A program made the translations under genes and the position numbers. The notes beneath the pieces were generated by a model that was not told where the DNA came from, searched no databases, and worked only from the letters and a program-made list of their open reading frames with translations. 64,000 nucleotides of DNA from the human T2T-CHM13v2.0 reference genome, Homo sapiens, in assembly GCF_009914755.1 (NCBI RefSeq), contig NC_060927.1; one strand, written 5' to 3'. This document shows, piece by piece, positions 1 to 15,481 of this stretch. The stretch's first letter is position 1. Every line of letters starts with the position of its first letter.

Positions 1-33
1 CCATTCTGTAGGTTGCCTATTCACTCTGATGAT
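1..33 (-). mobile_element. 5'-truncated end of an L1PA element continuing off the left edge
   Basis: ccattctgtaggttgcctattcactctgatg matches the antisense L1 ORF2 seen at 11845-11872 and 28694-28723. Confidence 0.7.
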
Positions 34-2414
34 AATTTTTAACAAGTTTTTCAGTCAAATTTACTTTTTAGAGTGGTTTCTTTGTTAGCAATGTGGAGAA
101 TTGTGACACAGATGGCATTAGTTGATAAAAATTGTGATTAGAAAGAAGTCAGTGGCAAAAGTCCAGAAAAGATGTGACAAATTAGAGGAGCAGATACTAA
201 AGAATAAAATTTTAAAATATTTACTAGACATTAGGAATAGAGTGAGAGTAGCACATTGTATTTAGTTAATGGAGGAATATTTTGATCTAAATATGGTGGA
301 ATAATATTCTGCCTTTGAAAATCTTCTTCCCCGCCCATGGTGGTATTTTAGAGATAGGTATGAGGAGAGAATTGGCTGATTTCGTAATACGAAGGCAAGT
401 AGCGGGCAAGTCACATGAGACCTGAATTTATTAAATGTTTTTTTTTTCCCCATATCAGTTAGCCAGGCTCATCAAGCATAATGATATCATGTACTGATAA
501 ATTATGAAAATTAGTTGTGGATATTTCAAAATAGGAAGGTAAGTATTTTTCAACAGCTATACAAACAGTATAACAATTAAGAGATTTTTGTCAAATATTA
601 AGTAATACAGTCTTGTGATTACTATAGTAAGTTTCTCCCTGTTTCTTTCTAATAATACACTTTGTGAAGGAATGCCACAATTGTGGTTTCAATATAGAGT
701 CATTTTTAAAATGCTAATCCAAATTTGGCAAAATACATAAGAAGCGTTTCTTTCATAAAAACAAACAGTGGAGACAGAAGGTTTAAAATGAGAAACACAC
801 CTAAATTTTGATTCATTATCAAGTAAACTGAAAAAAAGAACATTCACAATTTTGCAAATTATCAAACCTTATTTTTAATTTAAATTATAAATTAATTTAT
901 TCCAAACCAAAAGGCTGTTTGAGGCATGAAGAATTTCTTATGAATATTTTGAATTTTGCCAATCATAAGGCATAACTAGCATCTTAAAAAAATTAGTGTA
1001 TAAGCTATCTGCTGATTTCACTTTTGTTACATCTTGAAATCATTAAGGGATATTCTAAAATGAGTTCTTACTATGCCTTGAATGCAACTAACCTTCAAAA
1101 TACTCACTTGCTTATGAGTGTAAAAGGATATACATTGCTTTGCTGTATTCATGAAATTTAGCATGTGATGAAAACTGCCTATTCAATTTGTATCTATCTA
1201 TAGGCAAATTTTAGAAAAAGCAGAGGCTGTCTTTATTGATCATTCCTTCATAATTACTGAATACATAATTTCTTAGTTATACAAGCCAAGTAACAAGAGA
1301 AGAATATCGTGCCATGATATCCAATTTACATAGATATTATATCCATTCTTATTTGAGATCCTGCTTATCTAGGTATTACTTTGTATTACAAAATTTAGAT
1401 ATGCAGGTTAACTCTCATTGAAGGCATACAGACTAGCTTCCACCCTGAAGCCCCAGAGAAAGCTGCAGGCATTTGTGTAGTCTACAATTGTCACCTCCAA
1501 TCCCCAGGAATAGGTTTTATCACAGAATTCATTTTCACTGTCTTTTCAAGGATATGAGATTGCCTGAATTGCTGGCTGCAGAAATCTCAGTAATTTTTTT
1601 CACACACTAGCCCTGCAAAATTTGCCCCCTATGCGGGAAGAAGTCTCTAGAAATAAAGGGGTAGCAAGAATTTCTAACTCTCAAGAAGAAAATCATTTGT
1701 TTTAATTGTGTTTTGGTTTGTGCTATAATATAAATCATCTCTATTGCTACGTGATATGTACACAATAAATAGGTTTTCAGAATGATTAAACGCCTTGGCC
1801 TCACTTCAACTATTATTTTCAAAAGCCATTTATTCTGGGCGTAGGAGAAAACCATAGCAAATATTTATGAAATCATTTGAAACTAGTGTTATTTCTATGA
1901 GTATCTTCAATATTCTCATTTTTTCCTAAAGAGAGTGTGTTTTATGTTGGCAAAGTAGTAATTAAAAGACAGTTCATGCCTTTACAAAGTATTTCTTAAT
2001 AACATAAATATTTCTGATTTCCTACAGATATTATAGCCTGAGTATTTACTTTTCCATCTTTTTATCCTCAAACAATTAGAATCCAGCAACATTTTAATAA
2101 AAATGACAGAAAATATAATTCACTTTAGAGGAGAATGTAGTAGAGTCAGTTATACTGCAATAAAGATACTCCAAAGTGCAAATCTAGAATGCATTATTGT
2201 CCATCATCTATGGATAGCAAAGATGTTTATTTAATTTTATAAACTTTGCATACTTAAAATATAATAAATTAGTATTCTCAGTGGAGAAATTTATAATGAA
2301 GTCGTTCTTAAAAAGCATCACTTTTTCTGATTAATTACCTGAAGATTTACTAACTAAACAAAAAAATTATAATTTTCTTCTCTTTGTAACTATTTCTTCA
2401 TTTCTATTTTGATA

Positions 2415-2800
2415 AGTATAGGATAAGTTTGCACTTCAGTAAAAACAAAATTTCAAATTGCAGTGGCTTAACACAATAGAGATTAATTTATTGATTATGT
2501 TACTTATTCATATATTTTGGATGGAGGCTCTGCTCCACACAGGCCCACAGAGCACTAGACTGACATAAGCTTCACCTTCTTATACCTGTAGAATCTGGAA
2601 CAACTAGAACTGTATATTAGAAGAGACAACTGAAAAGGGATGTTCTAGATTATTTTTACTTTGGCTAGTAAGCAATAAACATTATTTCTGTGCATAGCTC
2701 CTTGTCAAAATTTAACACATTATGACCTCCAACTAGTCACGTAAATGTTAGAAGACATGGGTGAGCTTGTGAATATTTGTTGACCATTCTATTACTAACA
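2415..2800 (-). mobile_element. Old MaLR LTR (MLT1K/L-like)
   Basis: cagtggcttaacacaatagag near one end and gaatatttgttgaccattctattactaacaca at the other resemble antisense MLT1 termini; highly diverged. Confidence 0.45.
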
Positions 2801-2889
2801 CATAAACATTAAGAAGAAAGAGGTGGGACTAGATGTAGCAGGTCCCCCCAGTTATAACACTTTGTGATCTTACATTTCCTTTTTTTTTT

Positions 2890-3243
2890 TCAGCAGCTTA
2901 TTTAATTTTATTTTCATTTACATAAAGTCCACTGTTGGTCTGGAAAATTCTGCAGGGCAGCTTTCCTGAAGGTGAGGGGCTTATTATTCCATACTGCTTC
3001 ACTCTTACAGCATCTGTATTTGCATATGTTTCTATGATTCTGTGGAAAAAGAAAGTAAACTTCAACGTCATGCACCAGCTCTTAAATGCTCCTGACCAAC
3101 AATGACATGTTACTTTCATTCATATTTCATTGGTTAAAACTATCTACATAATCACACTTCACTTTAGGGGAGTATATAGTCCTCTATGTACCCAGAAGTA
3201 CAAGAGAACCAGATGTCAGAGAGTTTGCAATGTCTACTACTCT
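2890..3243 (-). mobile_element. Old MaLR LTR (MLT1K/L-like)
   Basis: tgacatgttactttcattcatatttcattggttaaaac...tatgtacccagaag...agagaaccaga...aatgtctactac resembles antisense MLT1K/L. Confidence 0.55.
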
Positions 3244-3263
3244 GCTAATTTTTAAAAAACCTC

Positions 3264-3467
3264 GGCCGGGTGCGGTAGCTCACACCTGTAATCCCAGCAC
3301 GTTGGGAGGCTGAGGCTGTTGGAATACTTGAGGTCAGGAGTTGGAGACCAGCCTGGCCAACATGGTGAAACCCCACCTCTACTAAAAATACAAAAAGTAG
3401 CCAGGAGTGTGGCACGTGCCTGTACTCCCAGCTACTCGGGAGGCTGAGACAGGGCAATCACTTGAAC
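3264..3467 (+). mobile_element. AluS (Sx-like), 3'-truncated, no A-tail
   Basis: ggccgggtgcggtagctcacacctgtaatcccagcac start, complete left arm, linker actaaaaatacaaaaa; right arm stops at aatcacttgaac. Confidence 0.95.
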
Positions 3468-6400
3468 GTGCTATTGCTACCCTTATTTGCTTATGAACCC
3501 AGTAGATTCTGCCACAGGTCCTTAGGTTTTGCATATATATCTGCACGCATTCGGGAAGCAGTTTGCTTGAATCACACCAATCTATCCATGCAGATTCTTC
3601 TATTCGCAAATCCACATGCACCGTTCTCAACCTGATTTTTCAGAAACATGGATTTGTGTTATTCTCTTCCACTGTGGTATCTCTATCTTTAGAATAAAAT
3701 GTCTTAAGTTCTGGACAATAATACATCACTAAATTGTAAGAATAAAAAGTATTTATGGTAAAAATTAGACAATCACTTTATTGGCATGTGACTGTACAAA
3801 GACCAATGTTCTTTTCTTGACTCTATTTATTCTTCATAAAAATTTTGCTGGAATATAAGGTAAAAGGCTCTGTGTAACTAATAAACTTGTTTTTTTTTGA
3901 GTGGGAGATTGAAATATTCCCATATTCTACCTTTAATTTGCTTCACAGTGAATGCTAATAGTGAGCAGGTTAAATAAATTGCGTTTAATTTTTGTATTGC
4001 CAGCCAGTGTTAATTTCTTTCTTTTCTCAATAAATTAATCGACCTACCTGTATTTTAGGATAATTAGCATGAAAGGATAATTATTCTTTTCCAGAAGTAA
4101 AATGATCTCCCTAGATATACAGCAAAGGGTTACCATAAGTAGTCATATTTTCATTATTATTCAAAGTATCATTGGAAAGATCAATGTTCTTCTGAGCAGT
4201 TACTTACACTGCCCTTCCCATTATAGTGATTCTGCTCCCACAGAGCATTACCTGTTAGAAATAGTAACTTACTTCCAAGATATGATGCACAATTGGCTTC
4301 TTGACATTAAGTAGGTTTGTGAAAAAAAAGAAATTTCAATGGAATATAAAAATAACAATTTTTACATCTTTTTCCTTAAATTTGTATTAATAATAAGGTT
4401 GTTTTCTTACAGATATGACTTTATCTGCACATTTTAAAACAATAAAAGTGGCTAATCATTAATTTTATGGAGAGAATTTTATACTATGACCACACATTAA
4501 ATATCATTTTATATTTAATTAAATCATTACAAATTATATTATGTAACAATTTGTTATATCTTTATCATGACCAAAGTCACCAAAATTTCTGGTCAGGCAA
4601 ATTAACTCATCATCTTCAATAAATGTGACTTATAGTCATGTAGTTTTAGAAAGCTCAAGAGAAGATTATGTTAATTACATTGATTTGATGATATCCTGGA
4701 GATAGTTTCCTAAAATCTATGTTTATGTTACATTTGAATATTCTAAAATAAAGTATTAACTTTAAAGTTAACACACTTATATGTTTTTAAAAAATGATAA
4801 AAAAAAAATTATAAAAACTTTTCAAGTCTTGAACTCATTCAGAGTAAAATTTAATAAGGCAGTAAGACTAAGGGGCCAGTAGTAGACTCAACTAGGAAGT
4901 AATTCTTGTACTAAAAAAAAATACTCCTCTGTATATGGTATATTCCAGTGAATTGTAATTATGGTGTTATAATAGTGGTTTTGATTCTTTGGGGACCAAT
5001 TTGTAAAGAATTTTTCTCTCAGAGCCAATAGAAAACCCACGGACAATTAATTTAAGTCCCGTTTCTACCTAGGCATGCATGAATAAAAATTAGGTAATTT
5101 AATGTGAATCTCATTGTTAGCATACCAAAAACACATAAGAATAGGCTTAAAATTTTTTTCTACTTACAGGTGCACTGCACTAAACATCTATTTTAATTGC
5201 TGTATGTGTTCTCACTTGTATTGTGGTTAGTGAGCTTTTAAAAATAATGCATTTTCTTCCCTAATGGGTAGACTTTAACCAAAGTGTTTCATAAGCTACA
5301 AATCAGGTATATATTTCAACGGTATTTTTGGAGACACTTAATCATATTATTTAATCAAAAATTATTGGGAAAAGATCAGCAAAAGTGTTCTAAAACCGCA
5401 AACACTAAAGCAGAAGCTAAACTCTCTGAGGTAGTACCCTGGTTAACACATGTGGAGACCTCGTTTTCATGCTGTGAGGCTTTATCATATATAAAACCGC
5501 ATAATCAACTAATTACTAGGCACTGAAGTCTATTCATAGAGATGATCAAAATAAGAAACAACTGTAGTTTAACTTAAGACAGATTTTGTTGTTTTTTTCA
5601 TTACCTACATTTCCAGATATAAAATAGAAATTCTCGATTATGACAGAGTAATGGCAAAGCTGTTTCTAAAAATCTTTTTAAATATGGTTTTTGTTTTAAT
5701 TATAGGCATTAATCTCTTTTCTTTCCTACTTAAAGCTATAAACTTCATGGAATCCTTACAGTATTTAGTAGAATTCTGTTATTAGAAACTGGCAACTTAT
5801 GATTCCTTTCAGCTGATGACATAGTTTTTGATACCTGCAGGAAGTAGTCCTTTCAAATGATGATCCTGTCAACCCATTCTATTCTGTAATTCATAAAAAT
5901 AATGCTCTGTGTGCTTTACTTCTAGAAAGCTTGACTCCAAAGTTTTATTTTTAGCTATATACATTGGCAGCCAGACATTTGTATGAAGGGGCATCCACCA
6001 TAATTATTTCATACCAAGTGTAGTCCAACCACTGCTCATGAATTCAGGTATCATTATTCTTACCCAACAATTCTGGCACTGTTATCCTTCATTGAATAAA
6101 CTGGAAATGCAGACGGATAATCTGGAACTATTCCATGTGAATATTTTTAAAAATCACAATTATTATGAAGCATAAATTTGTAAGGTACATTTTATATACA
6201 TTGTGAGGTATATTTTAATAGATAGGGTTGTGATTATTAACTGTATCATTTTCTAAATCAGATGTGATATTAGAAGATCGTTTACATGAATAAGATTTAT
6301 GCAACTCTGCTGCTTTAAGGCTGTATTTGAAGTCGAGGTTGTTCTTTTTATTACGGTATTGAAAAGCAAAATGAGTTTGATTCAGGAGAAACAAAATGCT

Positions 6401-6801
6401 TTGAATTCAGTAGTTCAAGGGCCACATTTAAGTCTATTTCCTTAGAAAAAAATGTTCACTGCCATGGAAAAATATTAGTCCAGGTTTTAAAGATACATTG
6501 AAGTTCTCAGATTTCAACCTATCTTTTGGTACTTTAGTAATGATAACTATCTTTTTCTTCCTAATGGTTTTCTCTGGTCAGATGTCTTTATTCCACTTGT
6601 ATCCCTTCCTCTTTATTTTCTTGCTTGATCACTGAAAATGTGATGGGTTAGTTTGCTTTCTATAAATGCAGCCCCATGGACTGATTACATAGCAATGGAA
6701 ATATACCCCAAAAGTGGGCACTGCTGGATGGCACAAAATCCTTCAAATACTTATACGTCATTTCCTGAGGAACTCATATGCAATTCCTGGGAATTCCAGA
6801 G

Positions 6802-7088
6802 ACCATATAAGGTACTCTTATTACTTTGTATTGCTGCTCAGCACATTACATATATCAGTAATGTAGTTATAACTCAGTGATATTTTTTGTACTATGCATA
6901 TCACCATACCATTATTTTCTGTTTGTTACTGAATATAGTTTGAATATTTGTCCCTTCCAAATCACATGTTGAAATGTAATGTAATGAAATATAATCTCCT
7001 ATGTTGGAGGATGGGCCTGGTAGGAGATGTTTTGGTCATAGGAGGTGGATCCTTCATGAATTGCTTTGTGTCATTCTTGTGGGATTGA
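6802..7088 (+). repeat. Copy A of local direct duplication (unique flank plus 5' part of MSTB LTR)
   Basis: Aligns by eye at roughly 90% to 8277-8567. Confidence 0.95.
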
Positions 7089-7099
7089 TGCAGTTCCTC

Positions 7100-8010
7100 A
7101 GAACTGCAGATGTATTTCTAAAAGAGAAGTAAGGCTTATATGAGATCTCTACCCAAAAGTCACTGGAAAGAAAGTAATCAACAGATTTAGATTCAGATAA
7201 CATCCTAGATATTTGAACTATGAGAAGAGAAATTTAAAATAACTATGTGAATGTATTAAAAACGAGTTGAAAAAGGTATATAAAATGTGTAAGCAAAAGA
7301 AAAATTGCAACACAGTAATGGAAAATATAAGAAACATTAGAGGAAACTCTTTAGACAGAAGAATATTGATATCAAACAGACACATGAATCTACTCAAGGA
7401 AATAAAGGTCTTCATAAGTGGCTAAAAATGAGATAAATATAAAAGACATAGTTTTGTCTATGGTTATCAAAGATTATATAAATATTTAAAGGCTATATAA
7501 GATTTTTATCTCACTCAAGAAAAATATGGTAGCAATGTATTTCAAGTTTACAAAATTTATCAAAGAAAATATATGGCAAACTAGTAAAAAAGATGATAAA
7601 GAAGAATTGCATACATATTACTCAAAAGTCATTCTGCTATATATGTAGTAGTGTATATCTATTACAAAACAGACTGTGATTAAATTCATATGCTACAAAT
7701 TCTAGGAAAATTAATATATTTTAAAATTGTTAGAAATAATGTAACAATTACTGAAATAAAATGGAATTTTAGAAGACAGCTCAAAATGAAGCAGAAAAAG
7801 GGGTAAAATAGCAAGAATAAAACAAAAAAAAATCAATGGGCAGAAAAAATAGAAAACCATTGACAAGATTTAGATCCTCCTTTAAACATTTAAATAATTT
7901 CATTATATATAATTGGTATAAGCAAATTAATTAAAATTGAGTTTGTCAAGTTGAAAAATAGAGAAATAACCCAGCTATGGGCTATATACAAGAACCTACT
8001 TTAAGTACAA
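7100..8010 (+). mobile_element. Ancient L1M (L1MC/ME-like) ORF1, inter-ORF and ORF2-start fragment
   Basis: A-rich; aacccagctatgggctatatacaagaacctactttaag resembles the endonuclease PTICCLQETH motif. Confidence 0.55.
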
Positions 8011-8284
8011 GTAGGGCTGGGCAAACTAAGGCCTGGTGGCTAAAACTGTCCCATCATCTGTTGTTTCATTGCTCATGAGCAAATATAGTTTGTAGATATC
8101 ATAAATGGCTAAAAATAATTTAAAATAATAATATTGTGTTACTTGTGAAAATTATATGAACTACAAATTCCAGTGATCAAAAATATCTTCCTAAGAACAC
8201 AACCATGTTCATTAATTCATGTATTGTCTATAGCTATGTCTGTATTACAAAAGCAGCATTGAATCCTGTGACAGGCACCATATA
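8011..8284 (+). mobile_element. MER58B-like hAT-Charlie DNA transposon, right end missing
   Basis: tagggctgggcaaactaaggcc left TIR; aaaattatatgaa...catgtattgtctatagc...tgtgacaggcaccatata internal motifs. Confidence 0.75.
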
Positions 8285-8567
8285 TAACACTCTTATTACT
8301 TTGTATTCCTGATCAGCACATTACATATATCAGTAATGTAGTTATAACTCAGTGATGTTATTGTACAATGTATATCAACATACCATTATTTTCTGTTTGT
8401 TACTTACTATAGTTTGGATATTTGTCCCTTCCAAATCTCATGTTGAAATGTATTGTAAAGTAATGAAATATAATCTCCTATGTTGGAGAATGGGCCTGGT
8501 AGGAGAAGTTTGGGTCATAGGAGGCAGATCCTTCATGAATTGCTTTTTGCCCTTCCTGTGGGATTGA
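8277..8567 (+). repeat. Copy B of local direct duplication
   Basis: Aligns to 6802-7088. Confidence 0.95.
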
Positions 8568-8832
8568 ATGAGTTCTCATGAGATCTGGTTGTTATAAAGT
8601 GTCTGAAACCTCTCATCCCCCTCTGTTCCCCTCTTGCCATATGACATGCTTTCTTTCTCTTCACTTTCAGTCATGAGTAACTTCTGGAAACCCTCATGAG
8701 AAATAGGTTCTGATGCCATGCCTCTTGTAGAGGTTGCACATCTGTGAGCCAAATAAACCTCTTTAATTTGGTAAATTACCCAACATCAGGTATTCCTTTA
8801 TACCTGACTAAATTAACTAATTGACTAAAATA
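8405..8832 (+). mobile_element. MSTB-like MaLR solo LTR
   Basis: tatagtttggatatttgtcccttccaaatctcatgttgaaatg start; gagccaaataaacctcttt...aaattaccca...caggtattcctttata end. Confidence 0.88.
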
Positions 8833-9116
8833 TTACTAATTTATAATCATCATGTCATAAAAAGAGACAGTGAGAGAGAGAGAGAGATGGACTATGAATC
8901 TCACACTCTTAATGGCAAATAAGAGTGTGTATTGTTTTATTATTGAATTCTATCACAAACTTTTCTGTTCATTATGCAATATCACTGTATCTGTACTAAA
9001 AGAATACAATATATGTTGATATTACCAGACTAAGCATCCTTCACTGTATTCTCAACTAACATAAAAACAACAGTTGAAGTATTATAAAAGTAAAAATGAA
9101 ATGTCTAAGAATTTCC

Positions 9117-9790
9117 AGGTGCCGGAGGGGATATGGAGAAATACAAACACTTTTACACTGTTGGTGGGACTGTAAACTAGTTCAACCATGTGGAAGACAG
9201 TGTGACGATTCCTCAAGGATCTAGAACTAGAAATAACATTTGACCCAGCCATCCCATTACTGGGTATATACCCAAAGGACTATAAATCATGCTGCTATAA
9301 AGACACATGCACACGTATGTTTATTGCGGCACTATTCACAATAGCAAAGACTTGGAACCAACCCAAATGCCCATCAATGATAGACTGGATTAAGAAAATG
9401 TGGCACATATACACCATGGAATACTATGCAGCCATAAAAAATGATGAGTTCATGTCCTTTGTAGGGACATGGATGAAGCTGGAAACCATCATTCTCAGCA
9501 AACTATCGTAAGGACAAAAAACCAAACACCGCATGTTCTCACTCATAGGTGGGAATTGAACAATGAGAACACTTGGACACAGGAAGGGGAATATCACACA
9601 CTGGGGCCTGTTGTGGGGTGGGGCGAGAGGGGAGGGAAAGCATTAGGAGATATACCCAATGTAAATGACGAGTTACCGGGTTCAGCACACCAACATGGCA
9701 CATGTATACATATGTAACAAACCCGCATGTTGTGCACATGTACCCTAGAACTTAAAGTATAAAAAATAAATAAATAAATAAATAAATAAA
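9117..9790 (+). mobile_element. 5'-truncated L1PA5-like LINE-1 with (TAAA)n tail
   Basis: ORF2 C-terminus MFIAALFTIAKTWNQPKCPSMIDWIKKMW; 3'UTR gtaaatgacgag, ctagaacttaaagtat. Confidence 0.95.
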
Positions 9791-10861
9791 AAGGAAATGT
9801 AACCAAAACAGTATTCTAAGTGCCTGAGTTGTTAGCCAAGCCAGGAAGTCGTTGACTGATGCTTAGTTAATTAAATCATGGTAGCTTAGAAAAGCCAGAG
9901 AAAATAAATCTTTTTAAGGACTATGAGCCTTCCATTGCAGGAATTTTCTTTTATTTTAGAATTTTGGGGGCAATATCAATAATCAATAATTGTTTAAGGT
10001 AAACGATTTCAAGATGTTTGCTTTGGCTTTTAATAAACTGGCAAATATTTCTGAAACTTCTCAATTGTTGTATATCCAAAGAGTTAATCGAAATTTAAAA
10101 GTGAATTAGAAATGAACCTCTATGAATAATCTGGGAACAACTACAGAAAAAAATATTTTCAAAGTAGTTGAGAAAACACTAATTCATTACAACCTAGAGT
10201 GGGATCTACTAAGATGTGTTAATATGTATGGGGAGCAAAAAATATTTTAGTTAAGCAAATTTGCAAAGCTCATTCAAATGTAAGCCTTGATTATTCAATG
10301 TATTATTCATCAGCAAGTGCTTTGCAGAAATATTTCAATATCTTATCTGTAATTATAATAGAATAAGATGTGTTAATGATGAATTTCATTTGTTCTCATG
10401 TACTTAACCATCATCAGCTACAGAAATGTTTCTAGAAAACAAAAGATAAATATTCTGACTTGCCCTACCACACAGCATTTTGCTGCTTAGAAGTATTAAA
10501 ATTTTGTGATGACTTAATGTTTTTTATCTGAATGAAAAAAATGACCTCAACTACTATTATGGAATACTAAATTGCCTAGTAAATTAGCTTTTTCTAAAGA
10601 TGTGGTGATGTTTCTGAATAAATTTGACCAATAATACAAAAAAATAATTATTTTATTTAAAAGTTATACCATAATAGTCATTTATTTATTTTTTCATATA
10701 TAATGTATTTTATTGTATTACAATTAGTTATTATATTATAATGAAAGGAAATACACTTCAAAATCACACATCAGTTAGGTAAAATCAAACTATATGTTTT
10801 CTAGAGATTCATACCTAAGTCTGAAAACTATAAAGTAGAGCAGATAATTTGAAAATAGTAG

Positions 10862-13740
<2,879 letters not shown>

Positions 13741-13744
13741 TAGT

Positions 13745-14160
13745 CATTTAAAAGACAATGCTTTTGAATTACAAGTAACAGTATGCTTGTTTATGCATTT
13801 CTTGTGCAGTAAAAATATGAAACAATAAGATCTATAGTGTAAACTTTATAGCAAACACTCAAGCAACAAAAGTTATGTTGAAGTGAACAAGAAAAATTTG
13901 AACATTAAAAGCATATTCAACTAATGCTAAAAAGCAGAAGTGGATTTAAAAAAATAAGGAATTGGCAAACAAAAACATGATGATAAATTCATATCTAACC
14001 GTACAGAACCCACATTAATGTAAATATCATTAATTCCAGAATTGAAAAGCATACATTTTCAAAATAGATTTAAATAGCAAGACTAAATTATATGCTGCCA
14101 AAACCAAACACTTTAAGTGTAAAGATAGAAAGTAGAAGAATGGAAACACATATGTTGTGA
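13745..14160 (+). mobile_element. Ancient L1M inter-ORF/ORF2 endonuclease fragment (host of nested cluster)
   Basis: cacattaatgtaaat...ttaattccagaattgaaaag...attatatgctgcc...acactttaag resemble the start of ORF2. Confidence 0.55.
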
Positions 14161-14174
14161 TAAAACAAATGAAG

Positions 14175-15165
14175 AGAAATCTGGACCCAGTGGAATAGAG
14201 AAGAAAGCCCATAAATAAATTCAAACATATATGTGTTCAAAAAATTTTCCATGAAGGCATCATGAAGACATAATAGGGAAAGCTTAGGATCTTCAATAAA
14301 TTGTATTGAGAAAAATGCATATTCACATTTAAAAAAATAAAATTAGATCCTTATTTTACTATCTTACACCATACTCAAAAATAAACTCAAAATGAATTCA
14401 ATATCTAAACCTAAGATGTGAAACCATAAAAATCTTAGAAAAAATCATAGAAGAAAAGGTTTTTGACATTGGTCTTAGCAATAATGTTTTGAATATTGTA
14501 TCAAAACTCAGGCTACAAATACAAAAATAAGCAAGTGGGACTATGTTAGTCTACAAAAACAAACCTACAAAATGCAAAGCAAACAGTCAACTAAATGAAA
14601 AAGTGATCAGTAGATTTGAAGAAAAATGTACAAATCATATCTATGATAAGGAGTTACTATCCAGAATTTATAAAGAACTCATATGACCCAAAAGCAAAAA
14701 ATGAGCAAAGGCACATAAATAGTTTTATTTCCAAAGAGGACCTAAAAATCGCCAACAGGTACATATGAAAAGATACACAATATCACTAATCATCAGTGAA
14801 ATGAAAATCAAAAGTACTATGTAAAACTGCTTCACATCCATTAAAATAGCTATTATCAGAAAAACAAGAGTTAAAAAGGGTTGGCAAAGGTGTGGAGAAA
14901 AGGGAAGTCTTGTACAGTGCTGATGGGAGTCTAAGTTGGTGCAGCCATTATCAAGACAGTATGGAAAGGAAGGTCTTTTAAAGTTTAAAAATAGAAATAC
15001 CATAAAATCCAGCAATCCTTCTGGGTATATATCCAAAAGAAATAAAAGTATTGCCTTGTAAATAATTCTGCCTTCTGATGTTCTCAACAGTCTTATTCAC
15101 AATAGCCAAAACATCACAACAACCTAAGTGTCCACTGATAGATGAAGAAATGGTGAAACTGAAAT
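14175..15165 (+). mobile_element. L1MA (L1MA7/8-like) ORF2 3' portion, part 1
   Basis: cactaatcatcagtgaaatgaaaatcaaaa; ttattcacaatagccaaaac...aacctaagtgtccactgatagatgaa. Confidence 0.8.
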
Positions 15166-15481
15166 ATGCACAGACACACACAAACACACACATACGCATG
15201 CACATGTGAGACAAGAAAAAAACAATTTTATGTCAAAATTATACTATAATAGTAACTTATAATATAGTGTTTGAATTACAGCTATTATCAAGCATTTTCA
15301 TGCATCTCTTGTGCTGAAATATTTAAAACAATGAAGTGTGTACTGTAAACATTATAACAAGCACTTGAATAACAAAAGTTATGACTAAATAAACAAGAAA
15401 TGAAGTTAGAACATTAAAAAATATTATATTAATCATATATATGTAACTATGTAAATATATAACATGTCTATATAATCCATC

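Noticed and set aside
5108-5125. SOX-OCT-like composite motif cattgttagcata
   Set aside because: Imperfect match with no supporting context.
9091-9800. TSD for the L1 at 9117-9790 (taaaaatgaaatgt / taaaaaggaaatgt)
   Set aside because: One mismatch, A-rich, and separated from the L1 by ~11 unexplained bases; not firm enough to call.
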